A stretch of 64,000 nt of DNA from Podarcis erhardii (lineage: Eukaryota). The DNA lies in assembly GCA_964252035.1 (NCBI GenBank), contig OZ176209.1. One strand, written 5' to 3'. The notes below the pieces were generated by a model. That model saw nothing but the letters and a program-made list of their open reading frames with translations, ran no database searches and was not told the origin of the DNA. How positions within the stretch are numbered: position 1 is the first letter of the stretch; every line of letters begins with the position of its first letter. Both the position numbers and the translations under genes were made by a program. Of this stretch, positions 31,835 through 45,073 are shown one piece after another.

Positions 31835-34346
31835 CTAAAGGAAAAAGACAGAGAATCAGATTCTTTGCCAACTTCTATACTGAAATAAGCACCTGAACAA
31901 CACTGGCCTGTAGTTAAACATCCCCAGTGAATTAGAACAGCATTCAATATGGACGCTTCAAACAAAGTACTGTCATTGCAATGCATTGTTTTACAATGCA
32001 TTCTTTTTGTAGCATCTAATACAAGTTGCAAGTCTAAGTTCTGCATGATGCATTTCTACAATGCAAATCTCATCCTCCTGCAGTTTGTCAAAGATCTGCA
32101 TCAGGCTACGCTAGCACAAGAGGAAACAATGAGCTGTAGTTTGGTTTAGCTCCATGAAACATCTGCATTTACAAACAATATGTAATCTAGGCCAATATTA
32201 ATTCATCTTAATAAGCATCATAACTAAGACTTGTCCTGGAATTTTGATTTCCAGCTAATAACTTCCAGTTTTAATAAGTAAGCAAGGCACAATAATCATG
32301 AATGGATGTAAAGAAAAGAAAAGCCAACAACCCAAACTGGAATGGCAATGATCATTTTTGAAAAATACATTTGCAGCATACTGAAATGTATACCACATTC
32401 TGGGCTTTATCTCAGTATATAATGGAAAATTGTATTTACAAAGTGGAAAAATCAGAGCTAAAGCTTGTAATGTTGCAGTGACAAGGTTGAATAAGGTATA
32501 CAATATTTGGACAATTACACAAAGAATTTGAAAGAAAAAAGGTAGCCGAGGGGTTCATTTAGCCAAGTCAAACCTATAAGAACGTATGGTGTCAGATTGT
32601 TATCAAACAAGCATGTTCTATATACGCTGGTAGTATGGTGGAAACATGGGACAGAGCTGTGGGGTCATTTTGAGAGGTGGGAGAAAATACTATTCACTTA
32701 GCTTGTGAGGTTCATCCTGTAAGTTTTGGATCTGAATTAAGTGCTTCTGTGGAATCTATTTAGCCTGTTTATGTTCAAGTTTCACCACAGAAACATTTCT
32801 CAACTTCTGCTGATTTCTCCAAGGAAATCCACAAAGGAACTTGTAAATACAGCATTCCCGTGTCTCAGTAATAAAAACTGTTCGCCCCCCCACAAAAAAT
32901 GTGACTACTGTTCCTAAAAAAGACTACTAGGACCCAGAAAAAGCAACAAGTTACAAGTCACCAATATAAAGTGAGTAAAGGAATAAAACTTCCACATCAC
33001 TAGTTTCACTACTGTTACTGTTACTGAAATGCTGCTATCAGTAAAAAGTGAGGTTTTGTTTTCAGAAAAAAACATTTACTTCTAAGACACTAAATACTTG
33101 CATGGTGCTTTACTAAAACACTGGACATACATTATCTCATGAAACCTGTAAAGAAGGTCAGCTTATTGTCCTCATATTGACAATCGAGGGCTGAAGGCAA
33201 CAGTTTACAAGTGAGGCAAGACTGATGGATTTAGATATGTCAAACTCTAGAAGAAAACAAGCCACCGTTTGTAAGTCAACCACCACTATAGCTTCACCTT
33301 GTGGTCTGCTCTGGAGAGGTTGGATATTCAAGCAAACCATGCTTTGGCTAAACAAGCCATGGCTTAGCATAATGTATGAACCAGGCTATTGCAGTTTTAT
33401 GACTGCAGAATAGTCCTTCTTCAATGCTACACCAAGTTTTCCCAGGGAGTTGTAAATAGAGTAATAAAGTCTTCCTTGGAGCACACTATCATTGTCTCTG
33501 TCCTTGTCTCTGTCCTACAAATCAAACAGGTTTGTGCATTTTTGCAATGCTTTGAAGACTCACAAAATCTATTTCATAGACCACACCAACTGGTCAGCCA
33601 ATAATTTTGCTGGACAGTCCCCTTACCTATTTATGGTGAGGACAGAATAAGCCAAACTCTCACACCTTCCTGCTATTACTGCTTATGAATACCCCTCTAT
33701 GGTTGGCAGTTAGAAAACACACATCACGCAGGAGGGTGGTTTGACCTAGAGATTGACACTTGTTGACCTCTGCAACAATAAGACAGAAAAACCTCCAACT
33801 CTAATCAGTTCTGTACAACACAGTGTCTCTAACCTACAATAAGACCAAGAAAGTGCATGTGTTAAGAAAGGATGGCACTACTTGGCACAGTATGAATGTA
33901 GAGTGGTACTGCTTTGGTTTGTGTTTAAAGAACGGTTATTACTTCATCCAGTCTAGTACATCTTCAGGCTGTGAAACAGTCTGTGTTTCTCTTACCTGAG
34001 CATCCAAGTGAGCATCAGATAAGTAAAAAATAATTTTTTTCAACATTGTTAAATGACCAGCACTTGTTACCATATTAAACAGGCTCACACGACAAGGTTT
34101 TGACAACCATCAATACATATGACATATACTGATCACAATGAGGGCTGACCTAGTAAGCTAGGACCACAGAAGCTTCAACAACCACACCATACTGTTCTAA
34201 TCTCAAATACTGCAGTAATTTGCAGGGATGTGAGGAGATTAAGGAAAGGTCGAAACAGGATAAGGAATACAAGGAGTTTTGCACTATGAAGTTGCGCGGG
34301 GGGGTTACGAAAAACGAAGTAATTTGGAAACATTTGTTCCTGTAAC

Positions 34347-35555
34347 CTGAGGATAGAGTGTAGATGGTCCTGATGAAGCCAGTGCCGAGAAAGCCTGTTG
34401 AGATGAAGTTCCCTGTGGGAAGTGGAAGATGATCTGTGAATCCTGAAATGCCTTCTGAGTCAGCTGGGCAGCAGGCAGAGGCAAGCCTGAACCATACGAT
34501 GCAGATACCCCAGTGGGAGGAGGAGAAAGAAAGTCACCAGTGTCTGAGGAAGTCAACTGTGATGAATCACTGGAGTATCCTGGGCTACCTTCTGGCCAGC
34601 TCTGTAAGACAGAACTGCCTCTAGGCACCATGAACTCGGAACCTAGGTAGCTGCACTGCTCTTCCGTTACAGGCTGAAGACGACCAGGCTGTACGGTTGT
34701 CTGAGGGGACTCCTCCTGGTTAAAATCTGTGGAGCCTCGACGATTTCTATAAATGCGCTGTGAGAGGACAGCACCGTCTCCTGCAGTTGCACTGGGTGCT
34801 TGAACATGGAACTCAAACACACAACTTGCTCGACCGTCCCCACTGTGAGTGAGTATGGCAGGTGCAGAATGTGGAACAAATACTGGGTGAAAATTCATTT
34901 GTGTGGCATCTGCACTCAGTGGTGCTGACATACTAGACAATGGTGATGGTGGATTCATTCCAGAATCCAGTCTCAAGTTCTGAATTTGTCTTGCCAGAAA
35001 TGGCTGCCCAGTTTGATATTCAAAAGTAGAACTCTGCGGGGGGCCGCCTTGCAAATTTCTCTGTTCAGGAGCCTGCTGTAAGTGTTGCTCAGTCCCCTGG
35101 GGATTCTGGGGCACTGTATCATAGTGTTCTGGCAACTGGGACTGGTAGTGCATGCCCACTAAATACATTGATTCTTGAGTCAACATGCTTGTAGCATCCT
35201 TTGAAGGCGCTTGTCCAGATCTGTAATCACTCAACCCTTGAGCCGAGTCAAAACCAGGGTTAGCCTGCATATGCTCCCCAGCTGTGCTGCTCACTGTCAC
35301 CAGTCCCTCTGGTGTCCAAGTGGCTGGACTACCAACAGGGAGAACAAAACTCTGACCAGTCTTGAGCAAGGGCTGGAAGTGGCAGGTTTGGGCTTCAAGG
35401 ATGGAAGTGCTCTTGCGTCGCTGAGAAATGGCCACCCGTGAAGGGCAGATGGGTGGTGGCGAGAAAGACACTGGCCGTTCATGAACGGTTGGAAAAAATA
35501 CTTGGGAATCTGGGAACGTTGGGGTTCCCCCACACGGATGCACCATGGATTGAGG
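34347..35555 (-). CDS. WNK1: WNK1 neural HSN2 exon (PQSMVHPCGG...STLYPQ, 403 aa)
   Basis: atacag|CCT and CAG|GTTACA; 1209 nt. Conserved HSN2 blocks HERPVSFSPPP, SQRRKSTS, FHPVFVPHSAPA, YSSDSSQ. Confidence 0.96.
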
Positions 35556-36939
35556 CTGTATTGACATGAACAAGACAAGTAATTCACACGTTATAGAAGC
35601 ATATTAGCATGTTCAGCTCAATAGGCAGCTCTCTTTAGTAACCTTATAGAATGGCTACGCCTAGTTCATGGTCAACACGTAAAATGCTTTGAAGGGTTAT
35701 ACATATCCATTAAATACATCCTTGGCAGATATCAGTGTCTATATGAGTATTTGCTTTTGTTAGAAGCTGCTTTTCCACCCATCTCCTTCTGTCAATATAA
35801 AAAACTTTGGACAACTTTCCTTAATGAAAATGGTTATTTCTCAACACATCCTTTATTTCCTATCAAAATTAGTTGCCTTTCAAGGAAAAGATTCTGTTGT
35901 GAATCTGGGGGGAAACAAAAAAATTAACTTCTTCAGAAACTCACTGTCCTTTCAAACGTGTACCATCAATTAAGTGTTGAACATTTTAGTGCATCACCAA
36001 GGAGATTTCTAATCTCCTAATTCATGCACAAAAGATTGTAGCAAATATCAATGGGATCAATTATAGCACTCCTGTATAAAGCTTATATGCCACTTCACCC
36101 TTATATGCCACTTACTATTTATCTCTCTCTCCCACTGCACCAAAGTTTTGATTTATATTCTGGAAAAGCAGGAGCAAACTCTTATATGACACAATTAACA
36201 GTACAGAGTGAGGATTAGTCCTACACCCTCTGTGAATAGAAGGCAATGTGTTTTTCTGTTCTGTAGAAAGTGATTCTATCTTCCTCTCCTGCTCTAATGA
36301 CTTATCACTTCAATCAAAGCAAGAATAAATTAATAGGAAATCAATTATCCCCAAGTGGAAGCAGTGACCGTCACATTAGTTTTGGCATCAGTTCTGGAAG
36401 TAAGAACAAGGAACGGAGAAATGTAGTATACAAGGAAGCAGCACAGGACAAAAATTAAGAGCAGAACAGAAGAACTAGGCTTCTAGCAATTTGCGTCTTT
36501 GATTTATACTGCCTGCTCACCAGAACCTTTTCTCCATAATGGTCAGAGCTGGAAACTTTCCCCCCTGTTAAATGGCAGCAAGCATTCACAGATGCCCCAT
36601 GATGGTTTTCAATGGCACTGGCATGGTTCTAGCCAGCTACATATACATATGATTTGAAGAATTATTAACTGTAACCCCAAAATCAAAGTGTATAAATCAG
36701 ATCAGAACTAATCCATATAATTTGCAGATTTCATTTAAACTGCATGCTGCACTTCAGCTTTTCCCTGAAACTTCAGGCACATTAACTCTTAGGTTTTGGA
36801 GGAGGAGGAAGAATCAACTTTCCAGAAGCACAGGATAACACAGTCCCCATTTTGTCTCTTATCTAATTTGAAGAATGTCGCCAGGATGTATTTAGTGGTG
36901 ACTTATCTGCAATGTGCCAGGAGGCATACAGTGACATAC

Positions 36940-37194
36940 AGGGTGGAGAAAGAGGGAAGGCAGGCTGGAACGCCGCTTGCTGCGTGGAGAGGCGGTGTGC
37001 ATGGGCAGGACATTCTCCAAGGCTTTGGAAAGCTTTTCACCAAAAGTTTCCTCAGGGGCAGTCCGAAGGTAAGAAGGAGAAAGAGGTGCACATAACACTG
37101 ATGGTGGAGTAGAAGGAGCACTGGGAGGGATTTGGGACAGCGGAGGGAAAGAAAGAGGGGAAGGACAAACCGACATGCTACAGCCACGTTGAGG
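36940..37194 (-). CDS. WNK1: WNK1 neural exon 8b (PQRGCSMSVC...PEETFGEKLSKALENVLPMH...RRSSLPSLFLHP)
   Basis: ccttag|CCT and CCT|GTATGT; 255 nt; matches human PEETFAEKLSKALESVLPMH. Confidence 0.93.
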
Positions 37195-39207
37195 CTAAGG
37201 AAGGAAACAAAAAGAAGTGAACACAAACCACATGGCTAATGAGCTAGAACTAAGGGAGACACATTCATGACAAAGGGCCAATGCTGATCAGAACAAACAG
37301 GGTATGAAGGAACTTGACAGTGACATCATGTACAATAAAGAGGATTATAAGCACCTCAGAGGACTGCAGGTTCTATTTTGACTGTCAAATTCCATTACTT
37401 CTGTCAAATAGTTTATATATATGCAGGAAGTAGACATATGTTCTCGTCACCCTGGTTCCATAAAAAATGTGTTTAAGCTGTTCCCAGCACCGATACATTT
37501 CCTAACTGAAAGCCTCTAGAAGTCTAAAGGGAATGAACATTGGTTTGAACATTGGTTTGAAATTGGCAACTTGGTGTGTGCAAAGATGTTTTTCTTCTTT
37601 CCAAATTTAGTGTAACTGTCTTCAAGTATTTTTGCTGACACCAGATTTCATTCTAAAGTGAACTGGCTTCCTAAATACAGGATTTGACTGGCCACCTTAA
37701 GTTATTTATTCAGTCAAGGACTGCAAGACAACAGGAATCAACCATAGCATAAACTGTGGAACAAGGCAATACTTTAATTGTGACAGCTGTCTTAAAATTA
37801 GAATTAGGCCATCTTCCAGGAGAGGAGTTTATTAGAGAAGATAGTTGCTGCAATCTGCCTATACCCCAGAGGTCATTGGTTTATTTTTCTCATTGTAAAC
37901 AAATTATCACCTAAATTACTGCTTTAAAATGTAATAGTTCCTCCAGCAGCCAGATCGTCATCCCCCCCAAACATGCTTCTGTATTTTTCCCCCAGAGCTT
38001 CTTGGGGAAAACCAAAATGATCGGTCTTTTTTGAAGTCTTCTTCCCAATGAAACTGCACTGACACCTGAAACTTCCAGAAGAGTCTGCATGGAAGTTTTT
38101 CTGGAAGTCTTCAATTCATCATCCAAACCTGGTCTGCTCAGAAGAACTGTTAGTGTATTCCCCTGGTGTTAGCCATGATTATTCAACCTTGAAGCAAGGC
38201 ATGTGAAGATTGCTTAATGGGTTATTGATCCAAGGCATGTCCTTGAACTGCAGCAATGGAACTCAACTCAAATAAACTTTCAAAAAAGTATTAAAAGTTG
38301 TGATTGATCATGTGTTTAAAAGGGCACAAAACTTCATATGTGCATTTGAACAGAATGGAAAGATGCTCTGTTTGTAAAAACTGGCAAGAATTTTCCTCCA
38401 ATGAGGAATTATCTTCTACGATAGCTCTTGCCAATGTAATTTACAGAAATATATCATCATAATAACAGAGATAACCAAACCAGAAAGGCTGCATCCTCTA
38501 GATATAGGTAAATTACTTGAGGAACAGTTACTTTTTTTTTGGCCTTTACACAAGCAGCAAGGTTTGTAAAAAGATCTGAGTAAAAGAGTTTTTCTAGAAG
38601 ACCCCCAAGGTCAGCTCTGAAAACATACCAGAAAAGGGTACCAAATAAAGGGTAACACAAATGAACGCATGAAGTGGGAAAGGTAATTGTGCCCATGAGC
38701 AATTCAATGCAAGCTATAAATAAATGGCAAAACAGAAGTGGGATCATTTAAAACTGCAGTGTCCGCATGCAGCATTCTATAATGGTTAGGAATCCTTACC
38801 TTCTGTGGCTGTAATTAAAATCTTGCACAATATGTTCTCTTAATACACTCAGCTGTTTCATAAAGCTCATCATAACTTTTCAATTATAAACTTCCTCACA
38901 CACTAAGCATTGCAGGCTAAATAGAATTTCATATACCTCTATAGGCAAAATCAGCAAGTGAAAGGGAATTTTATTGCTGCTTCCACCCCAAGTTTTGCTG
39001 CCTTTATACCTTTCTATGAGATACCCTCTCTCTCGCCTGGAGAACTATCAGAGAAAGGATTTTTACTTTGTTGTGTATGTTGTTTTACCCACACAAAATA
39101 TATCTGAACTTCCATTCAAACCTCAGACTACAAGTTTTTTTAAAAGCCTACACAAATAAAGGAATTCCAAGCAAGTATTCCCTCTACTACTTTGGCTTTG
39201 GCCTTAC

Positions 39208-39395
39208 CACTCCAGACGTCTGATATCCTCCCGGTTGTTGTGATTGTGGCTGGCCAATAGGAGCTGCATATCCTGGGGGTTGAACTGTTGGGATAGACTG
39301 TTCGTGCTGGGAACCATAAGAAGCTGTCTGTTGGCTGCTCACACATGATTCGGTAAAGACAGATGATCCTTGTCCACTATCAACGGTGCCATCAG
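39208..39395 (-). CDS. WNK1: WNK1 exon 8 (DGTVDSGQGSSVFTES...QTSGV)
   Basis: tttacag|CT and GTG|GTAAGG; 188 nt. Confidence 0.97.
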
Positions 39396-42061
39396 CTGTA
39401 AAGACCATAAAGAAGTGGGTTTTAAATTGCTCATGAACTCATGCTGAGTCAAAGTTCCAGAACTGCTTGTGAATTCATTTAAATTTATACAAAATTAAGG
39501 TAGAGACAGCAGCACTCAGCAGCACTAGTACATGCCTCCTACTTCCCCCAAATCCTACAACACAAAATCACAGAAACTGTGCTCAGATTGAGTATGTTAG
39601 CAAGGATAATGGCAGTAACGAAGTTGTGCCTCAGGAAGGCAGCAGGGACAGGTACAAGAAACCTGAAGCCCTAACTCCTGTCCATAACACCTTTTATTTC
39701 CACAGTACAGAGATAATGCTGATTGCATTTTAGTCCCAAAATGGCAACAAATCTGTTCTTGTTAAAAGTGAAGAGATTATCAAGAAGTCCAGATTCAATG
39801 CTTCACAACATAGAATGTTATGGCCATATTGTGACATTGGCTGAACATACCAATGTCCATCTCTATGAACATGCCCTTGGCATCCATCCATAGACTGGAA
39901 TACAACACGGTTGAAACATTTGGCTTTTAGGGACCAAAATACAGATAGGAGAGGAATCAAAAGAACATATTGCGTCTCTGAAGATTTTACAGCCCATAGA
40001 TGTTATGATCTGCTGATATGCAATGAGCTCCCATTAAGGACCAATTTGTACAGGGTCAACATGAGTTTTTTTCTCGACACCACATTTCCTCCTATACCAT
40101 TTCTTAAATCTCATGAGACATCCCAAAGGACCATCCTATTCTTCCACATTATGTGCCAAATAGCAGACTGCCTCTGTTTTCAGAAAGGCCCATATCTTCA
40201 TAGCCATTATCATTTCAAAGTTCAGCTGGTCTTACAAGGCAGTGGTGCTCCTGACCTCAAATATCCTTTCAATAGCCAATGTGCAATGTACAATGAGCAA
40301 TGAACAGTAGCTGGTCCATATACATCTACAGTAGCTCTTGCGTCTTCCTTGGATGATCTATTGACTCAGAGAAGATTTGTGTTCAATCAGGGTTGTGCGT
40401 GATTCTGCTAACGTACAGTAGGATGTATCCCGGCAGTGAGAATACTGGATAGGTGGCTGCAGAGCTGCCAGTTGTTCATTTAGTGTGTCTGTTATGGATT
40501 TCTACCAAGTCACTTGCCTCTCTAGGACAGTGGCATGGCTCTCTTGAATTCAGCATCAGAAGAGCACATTGATGTGACCACTGTTTGGTAGAGTCCCTTA
40601 AACTCCCCTTCCTCATATGCCTCTGCAATTAACTTTTATTTGTGATTCGTGTAGGGATCTTCAGTATTTCCCTGGTGGCCTTAACATAATCCTTTTCAAG
40701 CTGTACCATGTTTATTTATTGACCCAAGTCCCTTTGTCTGGCCCTTTGTCTTATGTTCAATGGTACTTCTCCCCATAGCTTTCCAACAGGCATCACATAG
40801 TCTCAGGCTTGGCTCTTCAACTATGCCTGAACATAGTAATGGCACATGATGGAAGGGTGGTGTGGCAGTGGTGTTTTTCTGATGGCAGCAATGTGAACTT
40901 GCTACAATAGTCCAGCAAGGTTAGAGGATCTCTAAGTTGGTTGCAGCAGTCCCACAGGTCAGCATGCATGCCAGCATCACCAACCCAGAGCTCTTCTGTC
41001 TTCACTGCCACTTTACCCTATCCCACCCCACCAAGCACAATGCCACCATGAGGGCACCACTGTGGCCTGAAACACCATCACTACCCATGTTAGTCCCACA
41101 ACACTTGAATTTCCTGTACTTTCCCCTCCTCCTGAATGAGAGTTTCTGTTCTGAAGGAGAAGAAAGAGGGAAGACAGGACATGGAACATAAACCTGATGG
41201 GCAGGTTAGGGTGCAATAGGGCTGATGCTTGCATGGCTAAGTCAAGGTTCTCTGCTTGTAGATAAAGCTCCAGATAGCAGCCACTCTCATTCTGGCTTTT
41301 TTTAGTCAGGAGAGCTGTCTTCAAAGCCATCGAAAGTGGAAATCAGGCTGCAGCAAAACCATGGCCAAGTCATCAGCACCCTCACCTTCATTATACAATT
41401 CTTCCAAGAACAGTACCTTCAGGTCAAGATCAACATCAGCCACCTATGGGAGCTGGAATGAAAGTCTGCTCAAAATCTGGAGCTACATCAGGATCCTCAT
41501 TCTGTACCCGGGTTTAAACTCTTTGTATACTGCTGTTGTGATAGTTGCATCCTGCTGATTCACAAGACACAGATCTACAAGGACTCTCAAGCTTCAGTGT
41601 TTGGAGTAAACACTGTTAGTGGACCAGTCACACATCTACACAAAGTCAGTCCAAGGTACATTTAGTCTGCAGGCAAAGTGATGAATGCTGTGTGTGTGTG
41701 TATGTGACTTCACTTCCCATTCTGAGCAAAAGAAAATTTCTCCCAGGGAAGGGGGGTTGCATCTGTTGCAAGGGCAGCTTGGGTTGGGGAACTGTCTGCA
41801 TCAGCCTCAGTGCAAGTATGCTTCTTAAAGGTGGTCTTGCTTGTTCAGATGTTCAAGGAGCAGCTGATATGATGAGGTCTACCAAGAGAGCAGTGGAGCC
41901 ATCTATCTTAACCACTTACGTTTATCTAAATCATAAATGCCTGTGGATGACCCAGGAGGATGGTGACTAGTTTATTGTATAGTGACATGTTTCAGTCACA
42001 CCGGGCTTTATGTATTGACTTAACTGTCCAAAAATACAGGTCAGAAGATGCATGTACTTAC

Positions 42062-42398
42062 ACAATACAGAAATGCTAGGTTGGTGATACTGCAGCTGTT
42101 GATGTTGATCGGCTTCTGGCTCCTCGGGCTCTACTTGTGTGGAAACCGAAGCTGAAGCAGCAGGGATGGGAGTGACACCAGTGGCAGGTGCAGCATGTTT
42201 AGTTCCTTGCTGGGTAGTGCCCGCTTGTAACTGCTGCTCTGTCTGCTGTTTCTGACTGACTTCTTCTTGCTTTCTTTTTTCCTGTTCTTCTCTCACCAAC
42301 TGACGCTGCTCCCTCTTTCGCTTGATCAAGGACACTCTATCCTTTATAGCTTTGGCCATTGTCTTGTGATCCCCTTCACAGACATACCCAGACTCAAC
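42062..42398 (-). CDS. WNK1: WNK1 exon 7 (coiled coil and KLHL3 acidic degron EPEEPEADQHQ)
   Basis: ttttcag|GTT and T|GTAAGT; 337 nt. Confidence 0.98.
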
Positions 42399-43149
42399 CT
42401 GAAAAGTGGATGATTCATGCCATCAGATAAACAATGATAAAGCAAAATAAAAGTTTCTATAATTATACATCAAAGGCGCCAAGATGGTTAGCTTTCCAAT
42501 GCTGCAGCATTTCCAGCTAATACATGTTGCAGTAGTTAAACTATTGCAAGCTCATGCATGTCTTCTGAAAGAGCACTATTGGGAAAAAGTCAAGGCAAAA
42601 AGATTATAAGATCCTATCATAAACCAAATAATATCTTCACATGAAGTAATGGATAGCACATATACTACTAAGTGCATCTGCCTTCCCATTTATATGGCAG
42701 TCAGTGCAATCACCTTGAAAGGAAAAGATGGATACAGTGTCTTCTACCCCAGCTGCAAGGTCAAAGCAGCTGCATCAACCTTCTGTTCAGAAGTACTCAA
42801 CCGTTAGTTTGGAATTGGCTAAGGAATGAGACCTAGCAACATTTGCACCCTTCTAATTTATTGGAGAGAAGCTTGTTGCAAAAACTGATTCTGGTGGTGT
42901 TTTATGCCTTGGAGGGTAGAAATGTAAGTACTGTATCCAGCTTAAAATTATAATGGCAAGTGAGCAGATAGACAGATGTGTTTCTCTATGTGGTAAAAGT
43001 GCCCTAAAGTATATAACTTTTTGAAAGAAGTGTTAAAATATCATTGAACTGACAGCTGGATGGTAGTAGTTAATCCCCCAAATTAACCCTTCTGGGAAAT
43101 CATAAAGGCAAGTTTCAACAAATGCCCACTGCATCTACATAATCTAGAG

Positions 43150-43273
43150 CAGGGGTAGCCAATGATGTGCCCCCAGGTGCTGCTGGACTACAACTACCAT
43201 CATCCCTGATGCAAGGATTTTTGGAAGTTTTATGTTCAGCAACATCTGAAGAGTATCACATGGGCTACCCATG
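43150..43273. mobile_element. Short palindromic hAT-type MITE
   Basis: CAGGGGTAGCCAA / TGGGCTACCCATG termini; left flank atctagag (NTCTAGAN target type). Confidence 0.65.
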
Positions 43274-43694
43274 AAGCAGAGCAACTCTTAAGTGCACTGA
43301 TTATTCTTTACTTAAGAAAAATATGGGATTCATCCATTATTGAAAATATGTGCATGCAAGGGAACTATTGGGGGAGCAAGGGGAAATGAAAGTCAAAGCT
43401 ACCTCTGTAGGTATGCTCAAATTAGAAGGGTGGCAGAGTTCAGCCCCTTACATTGTGTGACTGCTTTCCCCAGCTACTGTTTTTCAGACAGCTATGGAAT
43501 TCTGGCTTGTCTGAGAAAGACATCACAACAAGAAGACACCATTTGTTCCCACTGTATTAAGTTTAATTGGGCTGCACTGGGGTGAGCAAAATCATGAAAG
43601 AAAAAAGATCAGCGACAGGGTTCAATTCCATGTCTCTGGAATCTGCCAAAATAGGTGCAGAAGTGGGAATATCTGTCATATCTATATGACATAC

Positions 43695-43914
43695 CATTTC
43701 TTGTGCTACATCTTCTGGGACATCTCTCTCCAAGTCGAAAGAAAATTCTATCGCTTCATTATCCTTATATTTGCCCTTAAGTTTTTTAATGTCTTCAATT
43801 CGTAACCAGAGCTTGATGGCAATTTTCTCTCCATCATCTTCTTCTGCTAGCTCTACCCGCACACCAGTTTCTTCCTGGAAGAATGCATGATTCAGAAGGT
43901 CCTTGATAGCATAC
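43695..43914 (-). CDS. WNK1: WNK1 exon 6 (end of kinase and autoinhibitory/PF2-like domain, IEFSFDL)
   Basis: atcag|G and ATG|GTATGT; 220 nt; near-identical to human. Confidence 0.98.
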
Positions 43915-44064
43915 CTGATCATAACGGAAAGGAAATAATAAAAGGGGAATAGAAAAGACAAGAGAACGTTATCACATAGTACAATACACAAACAATTCCT
44001 CCATTTTCCAATTGGGCTGCCCATATTCCACAGAATATTTAAATCTTGTTCTAAGACAAACTCT

Positions 44065-44300
44065 ATATATCCATGCCATTTCTAAAGGGACTTGCTTTTT
44101 TAAAACAATAAGGATGACTGATACTGAATGCTAAATACAATCCATGCACAATTTTTAGCAATCAATCCTTAGTTGCTGATGGAGATTTATATGGTCCTTT
44201 TGTCCATAAATTGTTCCATTTATCTTCTTCAATGTTTATATCCCAAATTAATTCCCATCAGTTTTTAAAATGTTTTTGAGGGCAAAATCTTAATAAGGGT
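44065..44300 (-). mobile_element. Degenerate L1-type ORF2 C-terminal fragment
   Basis: Minus translation WELIWDINIEEDKWNNLWTKGPYKSPSATKD*LLKIVHGLY resembles the W-rich region before the L1 zinc knuckle; contains stops. Confidence 0.5.
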
Positions 44301-44984
44301 TTTGTATAAAAGGAAAATCAATCCCTTAGTCATTATACTATCTTTTATTACTCTCTTTTCATATTCTGTTAGTTTCCCTGTAGCTTCATTTTTATTTCTA
44401 TATTGGTGAGAAATGGAAAGAACTTACAAAATAAAATTAGGAAGGAAAATCACGGCCAACAGAAAATAGGATCGGAAGATAACAGAACTGAGTGTGAATT
44501 AACAAACATACAATAAATAAATATCAAATATTATCTTAACATATGACCATAGTGTGGAGACTTTTGTGTGAACAAAGATGAAACAATTTATTATTTTTCA
44601 ATATGGAAGAAAGGTTGTTGAAGTTACTGGAGGAAAAGTTGTTACACTGGGCTAGAAAAAAATTATTGTCGACATTTATCAATAATAATAATTGGAGAAC
44701 CCCTTTTAGATGTTTCGTGTGGAAAGGAAAATTAATGAATTTGAGACATTTGGGTCTGAAGACTGAGAAAGTATCACTTAGCAGAAGGAAGAACAGCTGG
44801 ATGTTATTGTAGAATGAATACTTCGAATAATCTTTTTATATGGAACTGACAGACAGGGAATCGAAAGTCCTTTTCATTTCTCTTTCTTTATTATTTTTAT
44901 CTGACTGTTCAAGGAGTACACACCACTGTTATTGTGCACTGTGTAATATCTGAAGTGCCTCATCCAAATGGAATGAATATTTAC

Positions 44985-45073
44985 CTTTCATCTTTGTTTT
45001 GACGAATGCATCCCTCAATGATTTCCTTTACTTCAGGAATTGCAACTTTATCAAAGCTTGCTGGTTTGACTCC
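44985..45073 (-). CDS. WNK1: WNK1 exon 5 ([29 protein letters not shown])
   Basis: tttcag|GGA and AG|GTAAAT; 89 nt. Confidence 0.98.

Noticed and set aside
35297-35587. 96-aa alternative-frame ORF overlapping HSN2, reachable via a 44-nt exon-like piece at 36521-36564
   Set aside because: Overlapping frames of this length are expected in P/S-rich exons; no independent support.
37911-38616. Exon-like or open stretches in intron 8 (38517-38616 and 37911-38162)
   Set aside because: The first gives an immediate stop and has an ambiguous donor; the second lacks a pyrimidine tract; neither is a recognisable peptide.
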